Part shown: positions 48,523 to 57,887 of the stretch, piece after piece | Layout of the letters: the number at the start of each line of letters is the position of its first letter | Position numbering within the stretch: the first letter of the stretch is position 1 | Assembly (NCBI GenBank): GCA_963810285.1 | Contig: CAWEMV010000002.1 | Span: 280,404-344,403, forward strand | From: an uncultured Chloroflexia bacterium | GTDB taxonomy: Bacteria; Chloroflexota; Limnocylindria; Limnocylindrales; CSP1-4 | Direction: 5' to 3' | DNA length: 64,000 bases | Translations under genes and position numbers: made by a program | The notes under the pieces: model-generated | The model's database searches: none | The model's input: the letters and a program-made list of their open reading frames with translations, nothing else | What the model was told of the DNA's origin: nothing

Positions 48523-50742
48523 CTACGCCGCGGCGCCGTCGGGATCGGCCACCTCGTCGAACGCCCCCGCACGGGAACGGTCGGCCCGCGCGGCGTGGCC
48601 GTGTCCGCCATCGCGCTTGACCCCGTACAGCGCGCGGTCGGCGGCCGCGATCAGCTCGGTCGCGGTCCGGCCGTCGGCGGGGAACGTCGACACGCCGATC
48701 GACGCCACGATGGGCACCGGCCCGCGCTGCTCCGCCGTGAACGGGCGCTCGGCGAAGGCATCGAGGATGCGCTCGGCGGCGCGACCGGCCTCGTCGCCGT
48801 CGGTGTCGGGCAGGATCACCGCGAACTCGTCGCCGCCGTAGCGAGCGGGCACGTCGGACGCGCGTAGCGTCGCCCGGATGAGCTCCGCCGTCCAGGCCAG
48901 GTAGCGGTCGCCGAATAGGTGCCCGAACGTGTCGTTGACGAGCTTGAAGTCGTCGAGGTCGAGCATGATCACGCTCAGCGGACGCTTGCCACGCTGCGAC
49001 CGCACGACCTCCTCCCCCATCCGCTCGTGCAGGTAGCGGTGGTTGTAGAAGCCGGTCAGCGGGTCGCGGTCGGCGCGCTTGCGGAGGTCCTCGTAGAGCC
49101 GAGCGTTCTCGAGCGCCATGGCCGCCTCGTTGGCCATGGTCCGGGCGACCTCGAGTCGCTGCGGGTCCCAGCGGACCTCGGTCCGCGAGAACATCTCGAC
49201 GAGACCGATGGCCTGGCCCTTGGCGACCAGCGGCAGCATGACCAGGACCCGGTTCCCGTCGCGCTTCAGGAGCGCGACCTCGGCCGGGTCGGCGTGGCGG
49301 TCCTCCGCATCGATGATCACCGTCTGCCCCCGCTCGAGCACGCGCAGCGTCTCGGGGTAGCCGGCGACCTCGAAGTACGGCTCCAGCTCCTCGAGCCGGA
49401 TCGGCGGGTAGTAGCCGAGCGATTCGAGCCGGCCCGACGGCCGGTCCCAGTAGCTGATCGCGCACTCGTCGACGCCCATCGCGCGGGCCAGGTGACCGGC
49501 CATCAGGTTGGCGACCTGGCGCGGGTCGAGGCTCTCGGACAGCTCACCGCTCATGTCGAGCAACCGCCGCAGCTCGCGTGCCAGCTCCTGGCTGCGGGTC
49601 AGCAACCGGGCCGTCTCGAGCGCCGTCGCCGCGTGGTCGGCGAGGATCGTGAGCAGCCGCAGGTCGTCACCGTCGAACCCGGCGAGACCGAGCTTGGACA
49701 GCGTGATGACCCCGACGGTGACGCCGTCGTAGCGCATCGGCACGACCAGCATCGACTCGTCGATGTCGTCGGTGCCCGTGATCGTCGCGCCCCTGGTGTC
49801 GCGGTTCGCGTCGTTGATGAGCAGCGGCTCGCCATGCTGGGCGACCCAGCCCGTGAAGCCCTCGCCGAGCCGGCAGCGGAGCAGGTCGAGGTCCACCTGC
49901 TCATAGGCGCCGACCCGACCTTCGAACGCGATCGGCACGACCTGGTCGGGCGCCTCGAGCAGGTACACACGGGCGTTGTGGTAGTCGATGATCCGGCGCG
50001 TCTCCTCGACGATGGCGCGGCCGACGGCCTCCACCGAGGCCGCCCGGCTCAGCCGACCCGATGCCGCCTGGAGCACCGCCAGCTGGGCGGCCCTGGCCTC
50101 GGTCTGCTCGAACAGCTCGGCGTTGGTGAGCGCGATGCCGGCGTGCGTGGCGAGCGTCGTGATGAATGCCACGTCGCCATCGGTCCATGCTCGGGGTTCG
50201 CGGGTGACCGCCGAGAGCGTCCCGATCAGCCGCTCGTGATGGAGCAGCGGCGCGACGAGATCGGCGCCGATGTCGAGGACCCCGTCATACCGCTCGATGC
50301 CGTAGCGCCGGTCGGCGGCGACGTCGCTCCACGCGGCGACACGACCGGTGCGCAGGACCTCACCGACCCAGCCCTCGTGGACGCCGAGCACCGGCAGCAC
50401 CGAGGCGACGCTGTCCGGCAGGCCCGCCCAGGCGGCCACGTGCAGGTGGTCGTCGCGCAGGACGCGGATGTTGACGTAGTCGACCCGGAGCGCGCGCTTC
50501 GTCTCGTCGACGATGGTCCGGAACAGCTCGTGGCGATCGTGCGAGGCGGCGAGCCGCTCGGCGATCCCGAGCACGCTGTCGAGCCGCTCGGCGAGCTCGG
50601 ACTCCAGCCCGGGCCGGCCCGCGGTCAGTGGATCGGCCTCCCGGTGCCCGTCCGGCGCCGCCAGCAATCGCCGGAACAGCGAGGGCTTGGCCGGAGCCGG
50701 GCGCGGGGCGGCAGCATCGCCTGGTCGGGCACGCTCGATCAT
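48523..50742 (-). CDS. Triple-GAF GGDEF diguanylate cyclase
   Basis: Three GAF repeats, DPLTGFYN, DLDDFK.VND..GH and RASD...YGGDEF. Confidence 0.93.
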   Translation of the reverse strand: MIERARPGDAAAPRPAPAKPSLFRRLLAAPDGHREADPLTAGRPGLESELAERLDSVLGIAERLAASHDRHELFRTIVDETKRALRVDYVNIRVLRDDHLHVAAWAGLPDSVASVLPVLGVHEGWVGEVLRTGRVAAWSDVAADRRYGIERYDGVLDIGADLVAPLLHHERLIGTLSAVTREPRAWTDGDVAFITTLATHAGIALTNAELFEQTEARAAQLAVLQAASGRLSRAASVEAVGRAIVEETRRIIDYHNARVYLLEAPDQVVPIAFEGRVGAYEQVDLDLLRCRLGEGFTGWVAQHGEPLLINDANRDTRGATITGTDDIDESMLVVPMRYDGVTVGVITLSKLGLAGFDGDDLRLLTILADHAATALETARLLTRSQELARELRRLLDMSGELSESLDPRQVANLMAGHLARAMGVDECAISYWDRPSGRLESLGYYPPIRLEELEPYFEVAGYPETLRVLERGQTVIIDAEDRHADPAEVALLKRDGNRVLVMLPLVAKGQAIGLVEMFSRTEVRWDPQRLEVARTMANEAAMALENARLYEDLRKRADRDPLTGFYNHRYLHERMGEEVVRSQRGKRPLSVIMLDLDDFKLVNDTFGHLFGDRYLAWTAELIRATLRASDVPARYGGDEFAVILPDTDGDEAGRAAERILDAFAERPFTAEQRGPVPIVASIGVSTFPADGRTATELIAAADRALYGVKRDGGHGHAARADRSRAGAFDEVADPDGAAA

Positions 50743-50862
50743 CGTCGAGATGGTCCCATCGCGGAGGGGTCGCGAGGGGCGGGTCAGCGGTACCGGGTAC
50801 GGCCGCGGGTGGTCCTAGGTCGTTCGCCGTAGTCGTGGGACATGGAGACGCGAGTCGGCGCC

Positions 50863-51612
50863 CTACATCATCACGAGGCCGCCATCGACGGCCAGCACCT
50901 GGCCGGTGATGTACCGGGCCTCCTCGGAGGCGAGGAAAGCCACCGCGTCCGCGATCTCCTCGGTCGTGCCGAACCGCCCGAGCGGCGTCCGCGCGGTGAT
51001 CTCCGCCTTGAGATCGTCCGGAAGGTCCTGGGTGAGCTCGGTGAGCACGAACCCGGGAGCGACCGCGTTGACCGTGATGCCGCGCGATGCGAGCTCCCGG
51101 GCCGTCGCCTTGGTCAGCCCGATCAGCCCGGCCTTCGCCGAGCTGTAGTTGGCCTGGCCCATCTGCCCGGCCTGCCCGGACACCGACGTGATATTGACGA
51201 TCCGCCCCGCCCGCGCCTTGAGCATCGGGCGGGTCACCGCCTTGGTCATCCAGAACGCCCCGAACAGGTTCGTCTCGAGCACCTCGCGCCACGCCTCCTC
51301 GGTCATGCGCATGATCAGGTCGTCCCGCGTGACGCCCGCGTTGTTGACGAGGATGTCGACCTTGCCGAAGGCGGCAAGGGTCGCCTTCACGAGCGCGTCG
51401 GCGGACTCCGGGTCGCGCGCATCGGCCTGGCTGGACAGCGCCTTCGTGCCGATCGACTCGATCTCGGCCGCCGTCGCCTTCGCGGCGTCGGCGTTGCCCT
51501 TGTAGCTGAACGCGACATCGGCGCCCTGTCGCGCGAGCCGCAGGGCGACCGCCTTGCCGATCCCGCGCGATCCGCCGGTCACGAGCGCCGACTTGCCGCT
51601 CAGGTCGATCAT
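50863..51612 (-). CDS. fabG: 3-oxoacyl-ACP reductase
   Basis: TGGSRGIG, NNAGVTRD, YSSAK and VAPGF. Confidence 0.95.
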   Translation of the reverse strand: MIDLSGKSALVTGGSRGIGKAVALRLARQGADVAFSYKGNADAAKATAAEIESIGTKALSSQADARDPESADALVKATLAAFGKVDILVNNAGVTRDDLIMRMTEEAWREVLETNLFGAFWMTKAVTRPMLKARAGRIVNITSVSGQAGQMGQANYSSAKAGLIGLTKATARELASRGITVNAVAPGFVLTELTQDLPDDLKAEITARTPLGRFGTTEEIADAVAFLASEEARYITGQVLAVDGGLVMM

Positions 51613-52823
51613 GCACGGACCTCCGTCTCGGTTCGTTCGGGGTTCGCGTGGTCGGGCTCGCCCGGGACGACATCGTCGAGCGGGACGTCGACGCCGCCCG
51701 GACGCGACATCAGCTCGACCAGGGCGGCCGGGATGGGGTCGACCGAATCCCAGTCGACCGGCAGACGGACCTGTACGTCATCCGGGTCGACCGCCGCCTC
51801 GCCCTCGAGACCGCGCTTCGGGTCGGCCGTCCATTCCACGGTCACCGCCCCCGACGTGAAGCCCGCCCCGAAGGCGACCATCACGATCCGATCGCCGACG
51901 TCGACCCGGCCCTCGTTGACCGCCTCGGCCAGCGCGATCGGCACCGATGCCGCCGAGGTGTTGCCGTAGCGGTCGAGGTTCACGTACATCTTGTCCATGG
52001 GCAGGTCGAGCCCCTTGGCCACGGCCTCGACGATGCGGATGTTGGCCTGGTGCGGGATGAACAGGTCGATGTCTGCCGCGTCGAGACCCGATTTCCTGAC
52101 CGACTCGAGGGCCGTCGTCGCCATCGTCTTCGTCGCGAACCGGTAGGTCTCCTTGCCCTCCATGCGGATGAAGTGCTCGCCGCGGGCGATGGTCTCGGCG
52201 GACGGCGGACTCTTCGCGCCACCGGCCGGCAGCCAGATCATGTAGGCGCCCTGCGGCGCGGTCGTCAGCTCGATGCCCAATGCCCCGCCGGGCTCGTCGC
52301 TCGCCGACAGGACGACGGCACCAGCACCATCGCCGAACAGGATGCAGGTGCTCCGGTCGGTGTAGTCGAGGAACCGCGTCAGCAGCTCCGCCCCGATCAC
52401 GAGCACGTGCCGGGCCAGCCCGCCGGCGATGAACGCCTGCGCCGTCGCGAACGCATACACGAACCCCGAGCACGCCGCAGCCACGTCCATCGCCGCGGCC
52501 CTCGTGCTGCCGATCGCCTCCTTGACGAGCGCGGCGGTCGACGGCATCCAGTAGTCGGGGGTCAGCGTGGCGAGCAGGATGAGGTCGATGTCGTCCGGGT
52601 CGATGCCGGCCGTTCGGATCGCCCGCAGCGATGCGACGGCGGCCATCGACGCGGTCGTCTCGTTGGCGGCGGCGACCCGCCGCTCTCGGATGCCGGTCCT
52701 CGAGACGATCCACTCGTCGGACGTGTCGACCATCCGCTCGAGATCGGCGTTCGTGAGCACCTGCGCCGGCGCGTAGCGACCCCACCCGGTGACATGGGCG
52801 CGGTGCGGTGCGGTGTCCGTCAC
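51609..52823 (-). CDS. fabH: 3-oxoacyl-ACP synthase III with ~70-aa C-terminal extension
   Basis: DTSDEWI..RTGI, AACSGF, FGDGAGA, PHQAN and GNTSAAS. Confidence 0.94.
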   Translation of the reverse strand: MTDTAPHRAHVTGWGRYAPAQVLTNADLERMVDTSDEWIVSRTGIRERRVAAANETTASMAAVASLRAIRTAGIDPDDIDLILLATLTPDYWMPSTAALVKEAIGSTRAAAMDVAAACSGFVYAFATAQAFIAGGLARHVLVIGAELLTRFLDYTDRSTCILFGDGAGAVVLSASDEPGGALGIELTTAPQGAYMIWLPAGGAKSPPSAETIARGEHFIRMEGKETYRFATKTMATTALESVRKSGLDAADIDLFIPHQANIRIVEAVAKGLDLPMDKMYVNLDRYGNTSAASVPIALAEAVNEGRVDVGDRIVMVAFGAGFTSGAVTVEWTADPKRGLEGEAAVDPDDVQVRLPVDWDSVDPIPAALVELMSRPGGVDVPLDDVVPGEPDHANPERTETEVRA

Positions 52824-53374
52824 AGCGGGTCCACCTCGACGAGCGGCTGCCTGGCCTTGACCAGCGTCCCGCTCTCGGCCACGACCCTGACGACGCGTCC
52901 GCCGAGGTCCGACTTGATCTCGTTGAAGAGCTTCATCGCCTCGATCAGACCGATGATCTGACCGACCGCGACCTCGCCGCCGACCGTCACGTACGGTGCC
53001 GAGCCGGGCGCCGGGGAGGCGTAGAAGATGCCGGTCAGCGGCGCCTTGACCGACGGCCTGGCCTGGGCCGCGGTCTCCGTGGCGGGCGCGCTCGGCGTGG
53101 CCGGCGCCGCGCTCGTCGCGGCGGCCGGTGACGAGGCGGCCACGCTGGCCACCGTGATGGGCGCGAGCGCCGACGGCTTCCGCAGCACGAGGCCGGTGCC
53201 GCCCGACTCGACCTCGAGCTCGGTCAGGTCCGAGCGGTCGAGCAGCGTCGCGAGTCGATCGATCAGCGCGAGCAGCTCCCGGTCCGCGCCGTCGCTCGGC
53301 GGTTCGGCGGACGGCGCGGGCCCGGCGCCATCGGGTCCGGGCCCCACGGCCATCGGCTCGATCTCGTCGGTCAC
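52820..53374 (-). CDS. accB: Acetyl-CoA carboxylase biotin carboxyl carrier protein
   Basis: EAMKL biotinylation motif, Ala/Pro linker and N-terminal LTELEVE. Confidence 0.93.
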   Translation of the reverse strand: MTDEIEPMAVGPGPDGAGPAPSAEPPSDGADRELLALIDRLATLLDRSDLTELEVESGGTGLVLRKPSALAPITVASVAASSPAAATSAAPATPSAPATETAAQARPSVKAPLTGIFYASPAPGSAPYVTVGGEVAVGQIIGLIEAMKLFNEIKSDLGGRVVRVVAESGTLVKARQPLVEVDPL

Positions 53375-54639
53375 GCGTCGAACCGCCGGAAGACCAGGGC
53401 GGTGTTCTGCCCGCCGAACCCGAACGAGTTGGACAGCGCCACTAGCACGTCGTGGCGGGCGGCCTCGTCGACGACGATCGTCATGCCCTCCGCGGCCGGA
53501 TCCGGATCGGACAGGTTGGTCGTCGGCGGCACGCACGACTCTCGGATCGTCATGACCGTGACGATCGATTCGATCGCTCCGGCCGCACCCAGCGTGTGCC
53601 CGATCATCGACTTGTTGGCGGTGATCGGCACGTCGCCCGCACGATCGCCGAGGATGGTCCGGATCGCCTCGAGCTCCGAACGATCGCCCTCCGGCGTCGA
53701 CGTCGCGTGCGCGTTGACATGGTCGATGTCGTCGGCGGTCAGCCCGGCCTTCTCGAGCGCCCGGCGGGCGGCCCGGACCGCGCCGATGCCGCCCGGTGCC
53801 GGCAGCGTGATGTGCGAGGCGTCCGCCGTCGCGCCGTAGCCCACGAGCTCGGCGAGCGGGGTCGCTCCGCGGGCGTCCGCGTGGGTCAGCTCCTCGAGCA
53901 CGAGCACGCCGGCGCCTTCGCCGCACACGAACCCGTCACGGCCCGTGTCGAACGGTCGCGAGGCCGCTTCGGGGTCGTCGTTGCGGGTCGACAGCGCGCG
54001 CATCGACGCGAAGCCGCCCACCAGCGGCTCGAAGATGCCAGCCTCCGAGCCGCCGGCCAGCATGACGTCGGCGTCGTCGCGACGGATCGTCTCGAACGCC
54101 TCGCCGATCGCGTGGCCGCCGGTCGCGCAGGCGGACACCGTAGCGAAGTTCGGCCCGGTCATGCCGAAGCTGATCGCGATCTGGCCCGACCCCACGTTGG
54201 GGATCCCGTACGCGATCAGGAACGGGCTGATCCGGTCGGGGCCTCGCGTGACATTGGTGGCGAAGCCGTCCTCCAGCGTCCCGACCCCACCCAGGCCGGT
54301 CCCCAGGATGCAGCCCGTGCGCTCGGCGAGCTCGCCGTCGAGGCGCTCCGGCAGGCCGGCCTGGTCCATCGCCTCGCGCGCCGCGACGAGGCCGAGCTGG
54401 ATGTAGCGGTCCATCCGGCGCTGGTCCTTGCGGTCGACGACATGGCCCGGCTCGAAGTCGCGCACCTGGCCGGCGATCCGGGCGCTCAGCCGCGAGGGAT
54501 CGAACGCGTCGATCGTGGCGATCCCGGAGCGTCCCGCCACCATGCCCGCCCAGGTGCTCGCCACGTCGTTGCCGAGCGCCGTCAGCGTGCCCATCCCGGT
54601 GACGACGACGCGTCGATCGGTCCCGGTCGCCGGGCTCAT
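53371..54639 (-). CDS. fabF: 3-oxoacyl-ACP synthase II
   Basis: RVVVTGMG, SACATG, NAHATST, KSMIGHTLGAAG and NSFGFGG. Confidence 0.95.
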   Translation of the reverse strand: MSPATGTDRRVVVTGMGTLTALGNDVASTWAGMVAGRSGIATIDAFDPSRLSARIAGQVRDFEPGHVVDRKDQRRMDRYIQLGLVAAREAMDQAGLPERLDGELAERTGCILGTGLGGVGTLEDGFATNVTRGPDRISPFLIAYGIPNVGSGQIAISFGMTGPNFATVSACATGGHAIGEAFETIRRDDADVMLAGGSEAGIFEPLVGGFASMRALSTRNDDPEAASRPFDTGRDGFVCGEGAGVLVLEELTHADARGATPLAELVGYGATADASHITLPAPGGIGAVRAARRALEKAGLTADDIDHVNAHATSTPEGDRSELEAIRTILGDRAGDVPITANKSMIGHTLGAAGAIESIVTVMTIRESCVPPTTNLSDPDPAAEGMTIVVDEAARHDVLVALSNSFGFGGQNTALVFRRFDA

Positions 54640-55379
54640 CGCACGAGCTTCCCGGTGCGGACCGTCGCGGCGCGGTAGACGTCGCCGGCCAGGCCACGCG
54701 CGGAGATGGCGTTGGCGACGCCGAGCGTGTCGAACGTCGTCCGCCGGATCTCGGCGTTGACCTCGCCGTCGGCGATGTCGATGAGCGCCCACGAGGCGGT
54801 CGGGTCGCCGTCGAAGACGTAGCCCGCCGACCCGTCGTTCACGATGACCTTCCAGCCGAGGTCGCGCACCTCGGGCTCGTGGGTATGCCCGCAGACGATG
54901 ACGCGGGCGTCCGTCCGGGCGACCCGCTCGATCGTCACGGACGGATCGAGGCCCTGGTCGAAGCCGGCGGTCTGCGATCCGGGCGAGGCATGACAGGCCA
55001 GCACGAGCGTGTCGTCGTCGGTCCGCAATCGCCGCTCGGCTGGCAGGCGGCGGAGCCAGTCGACGCGATCGGCCCCGAGCTGCTCGTGCGCCCACTCGGC
55101 GCCATCGACGATCGCGTCCGGCACGCCGTCGGTCATCCACGGGAAGGCGGCCGCGTAATCGAAATCGGCGACCGCGATATCGGTGTTGCCGCCGACGATC
55201 AACGCGCTGTCGCCGAGGCTGCGCAGGACGTCCACGACGAGGGCGGGCTCGGGCCCGTTGAGCACGAGATCCCCGGCGATCATGACCGCGTCGGGCTTCT
55301 CGCCGGCGATGTCGGCCAGGACCGCCTCGAGCGCGGAGGCATTGCCGTGGATGTCGGACAACGCGGCGATCCGGGTCAT
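54636..55379 (-). CDS. Calcineurin-like metallophosphoesterase
   Basis: SDIHGN, GDLV, GNTD, GHTH and NDGSAG, with ATGA overlaps with fabZ and fabF. Confidence 0.9.
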   Translation of the reverse strand: MTRIAALSDIHGNASALEAVLADIAGEKPDAVMIAGDLVLNGPEPALVVDVLRSLGDSALIVGGNTDIAVADFDYAAAFPWMTDGVPDAIVDGAEWAHEQLGADRVDWLRRLPAERRLRTDDDTLVLACHASPGSQTAGFDQGLDPSVTIERVARTDARVIVCGHTHEPEVRDLGWKVIVNDGSAGYVFDGDPTASWALIDIADGEVNAEIRRTTFDTLGVANAISARGLAGDVYRAATVRTGKLVR

Positions 55380-55831
55380 CGGAGGGCGCCCTCGGGCGGG
55401 ATGATGAAGCTCAGCGTGCCCGCGCAGGCGACCTCGCCATCGACGGTCGCCACGCCCCGGGCCTTGCCGAAGCGCGAGCCGAGCTTCTCCATCGTCACCT
55501 CGAGCCGGAGCGTGTCCCCGGGCGCCACGATCCGCTTGAAGCGGACGTCGTCGATGCCGGCGAACAGCCCGATCCGGTCGCCGAACCCGGGCTGCTTGGC
55601 GACGTACACGGCCATCGTCTGGGCGAGCGCCTCGACCTGCAGCACGCCGGGCATCACCGGCAATCCCGGGAAGTGCCCCGCGAAGTACCACTCGGTCGCC
55701 GTGATGCCCTTGATCCCCACGATGCGCGACGCGTCCGGGTCGTACTCGACGATGCGGTCGACCAGCAGGAACGGGTGGCGGTGCGGGATGAGGGACTCGA
55801 TCTCGGCGGTCGTGTGGACGGTCTCGGTCAC
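55376..55831 (-). CDS. fabZ: 3-hydroxyacyl-ACP dehydratase
   Basis: IPHRHPFLLVDR and GHFPGLPVMPGVLQVEALAQ. Confidence 0.95.
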   Translation of the reverse strand: MTETVHTTAEIESLIPHRHPFLLVDRIVEYDPDASRIVGIKGITATEWYFAGHFPGLPVMPGVLQVEALAQTMAVYVAKQPGFGDRIGLFAGIDDVRFKRIVAPGDTLRLEVTMEKLGSRFGKARGVATVDGEVACAGTLSFIIPPEGALR

Positions 55832-55918
55832 GGGCGACTCCTGGACTCGGTGTGGTGGTTCAGTCTGGGCGGTGAGCGGCGCCGGCATCGGACCGGCATG
55901 TGCAGGTCTGCACGACCC

Positions 55919-57289
55919 TCATGCCCGGGCAGCCGCCGCGAGGAACGCCGCGCTGCCCACCCGGTCGAGCAGGTTCGTCGTCATCCGTCCCTCCAGGAAC
56001 GTCTCCGATGCGAGCAGCGCCTGGTGGATGTCGACGTTCGTGGTGATGCCCTCGATGACGAGCTCCTCGAGGGCCACTCGGCCACGGGCGATGGCGGTCG
56101 ACCGGTCCGGGCCCCACACGATGAGCTTGCCCAGGAGCGAGTCGTAGTACGGCGGGACCTCGTAGCCGGTGAACAGGTGCGAGTCCATGCGCACGCCGGG
56201 GCCGCCCGGGGCGTGGTAGCGCTCGACGACGCCGGCGCCCGGTCGGAAGTCGTGGGCGGGGTCCTCGGCGTTGATGCGGAACTCGATCGCGTGCCCGTCG
56301 AAGCGGATGTCGGCCTGGGTGATGCCGAGCGGCTCGCCCGCGGCGATGCGCATCTGCATCGCGACGAGGTCGACGCCGGTCAGGCTCTCGGTCACGGGAT
56401 GCTCGACCTGGATCCGGCAGTTGATCTCGATGAAGTAGAAGTCGCCGCGCGCATCGACGAGGAACTCGAGGGTGCCCACGTTCTCGTAGCCGGCGGCCAC
56501 GACCGCGCGCACGGCGCGCTCGGCGAGCTCTGCACGAGCCGCGTCGGACATGGCCGGGGTCGGCGCCTCCTCGAGGATCTTCTGGTGGCGCCGCTGCACG
56601 GAGCAGTCCCGCTCGCCGAGGTGGATGCCATGGCCGTAGCGGTCGACGGCGACCTGGACCTCGACGTGGCGGTTCTCGTCGAGCCACTTCTCGAGGTACA
56701 ACGAGTCGTCGCCGAACGCGGCCTTGGCCTCGCTGCGGCAGACCTTGAGCACCGACTCGAGCTCGCGCGCGGTGCGGACCATGCGCATGCCCTTGCCTCC
56801 CCCGCCGGCCGATGGCTTGACCAGCACCGGGTAGCCGATACGGTCGGCCTCCGACAGGGCATGCAGGTCGTCGCGCAGCATGCCGTCCGAACCCGGGATC
56901 GTCGGCAGTCCGTGGGCGCCGAGGAGCTGGCGCGTGCCGGCCTTGCTGGCGAACCGCTCGAGCACGTTTGCCGGAGGCCCGATGAAGGTCAGACCGTGCG
57001 CCGCGACCACCTCGGCGAAGCCCTCGTCCTCGGACAGGAAGCCGTAGCCCGGATGGATGGCATCGCAGCCGGTGATGAGCGCCGCCGAGATGACCGACGG
57101 GGCCGACAGGTAGGACCGCTGGGCATCGGGTGGACCGATGCAGATCGCCTCATCGGCCAGCCCCACCGGCAGCGACTCCCGGTCGGCTTCGCTGTAGGCG
57201 ACGACCGACTCGACGCCGAGCTCCCGGCACGCGCGAAGGATGCGCAGCGCGATCTCCCCGCGGTTGGCGATCAGGACCTTTCGGAACAT
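55919..57289 (-). CDS. accC: Acetyl-CoA carboxylase biotin carboxylase
   Basis: IANRGEIA, HPGYGFLSE, GGGGKGM, RDCSVQRRHQK and EINCRIQVEHPVTE. Confidence 0.96.
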   Translation of the reverse strand: MFRKVLIANRGEIALRILRACRELGVESVVAYSEADRESLPVGLADEAICIGPPDAQRSYLSAPSVISAALITGCDAIHPGYGFLSEDEGFAEVVAAHGLTFIGPPANVLERFASKAGTRQLLGAHGLPTIPGSDGMLRDDLHALSEADRIGYPVLVKPSAGGGGKGMRMVRTARELESVLKVCRSEAKAAFGDDSLYLEKWLDENRHVEVQVAVDRYGHGIHLGERDCSVQRRHQKILEEAPTPAMSDAARAELAERAVRAVVAAGYENVGTLEFLVDARGDFYFIEINCRIQVEHPVTESLTGVDLVAMQMRIAAGEPLGITQADIRFDGHAIEFRINAEDPAHDFRPGAGVVERYHAPGGPGVRMDSHLFTGYEVPPYYDSLLGKLIVWGPDRSTAIARGRVALEELVIEGITTNVDIHQALLASETFLEGRMTTNLLDRVGSAAFLAAAARA

Positions 57290-57293
57290 CCGG

Positions 57294-57884
57294 TCAGGCG
57301 CCCGTGCCGTTGGTCGACATCGGGACGACGAAGTCGATGATCAGCAGCTCCTGGCCGTACTCGACGGCGTCGCCCGGCTCGACGAGCGTCTCGCCGACGA
57401 TGCCGTCGATCGGGGCGATCACCTCCTGGGCGACGCCGAGCATGTCGACGGCTCCGAGCCGGTCGCCGGCGAGCACGCGGGTCCCGACCGACAGGTCCTT
57501 GCGCGGCTGGAAGACGCCGACCGCCGGCGACGTCGCGACGCCCTGCCCGTCCGACCGCGCCGTCGACGGCGGCTCGGGATGCGGGTGGAGATGCTGGGCC
57601 CGCGGCGGTCGCTCGGGGCCGCGCTCGCCGGAACGCTCGCTCGCGGCCCGATCGCCTGCGCGCCGGTCGCGCGAACCGCCCGACCCGGCACTCGCCGGGC
57701 GGCGGAGTCGGACGCGCCAGGCGCCCTCGCGGACCTCGAGCTCGCCGAGACCCGTCGCGCCGAGCTTGGCGATGAGGGCCGGCAGCAGCTCCGCGGTGAG
57801 TCGGTCGATCGCCACGTGGTCGGCGGCGCGGTCGCGCGCGTCGGGGTCCCGTCGCCGGGCGTCGTTCGGCAGCGGATCGGGCAC
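57294..57884 (-). CDS. Biotin-carrier-like protein lacking the biotinylated lysine (BADC-like)
   Basis: BCCP architecture (LGELEVREG, linker, SPAVGVF, GDAVEYGQEL) but VDMLGV where AccB has EAMKL. Confidence 0.85.
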   Translation of the reverse strand: MPDPLPNDARRRDPDARDRAADHVAIDRLTAELLPALIAKLGATGLGELEVREGAWRVRLRRPASAGSGGSRDRRAGDRAASERSGERGPERPPRAQHLHPHPEPPSTARSDGQGVATSPAVGVFQPRKDLSVGTRVLAGDRLGAVDMLGVAQEVIAPIDGIVGETLVEPGDAVEYGQELLIIDFVVPMSTNGTGA

Positions 57885-57887
57885 TCC

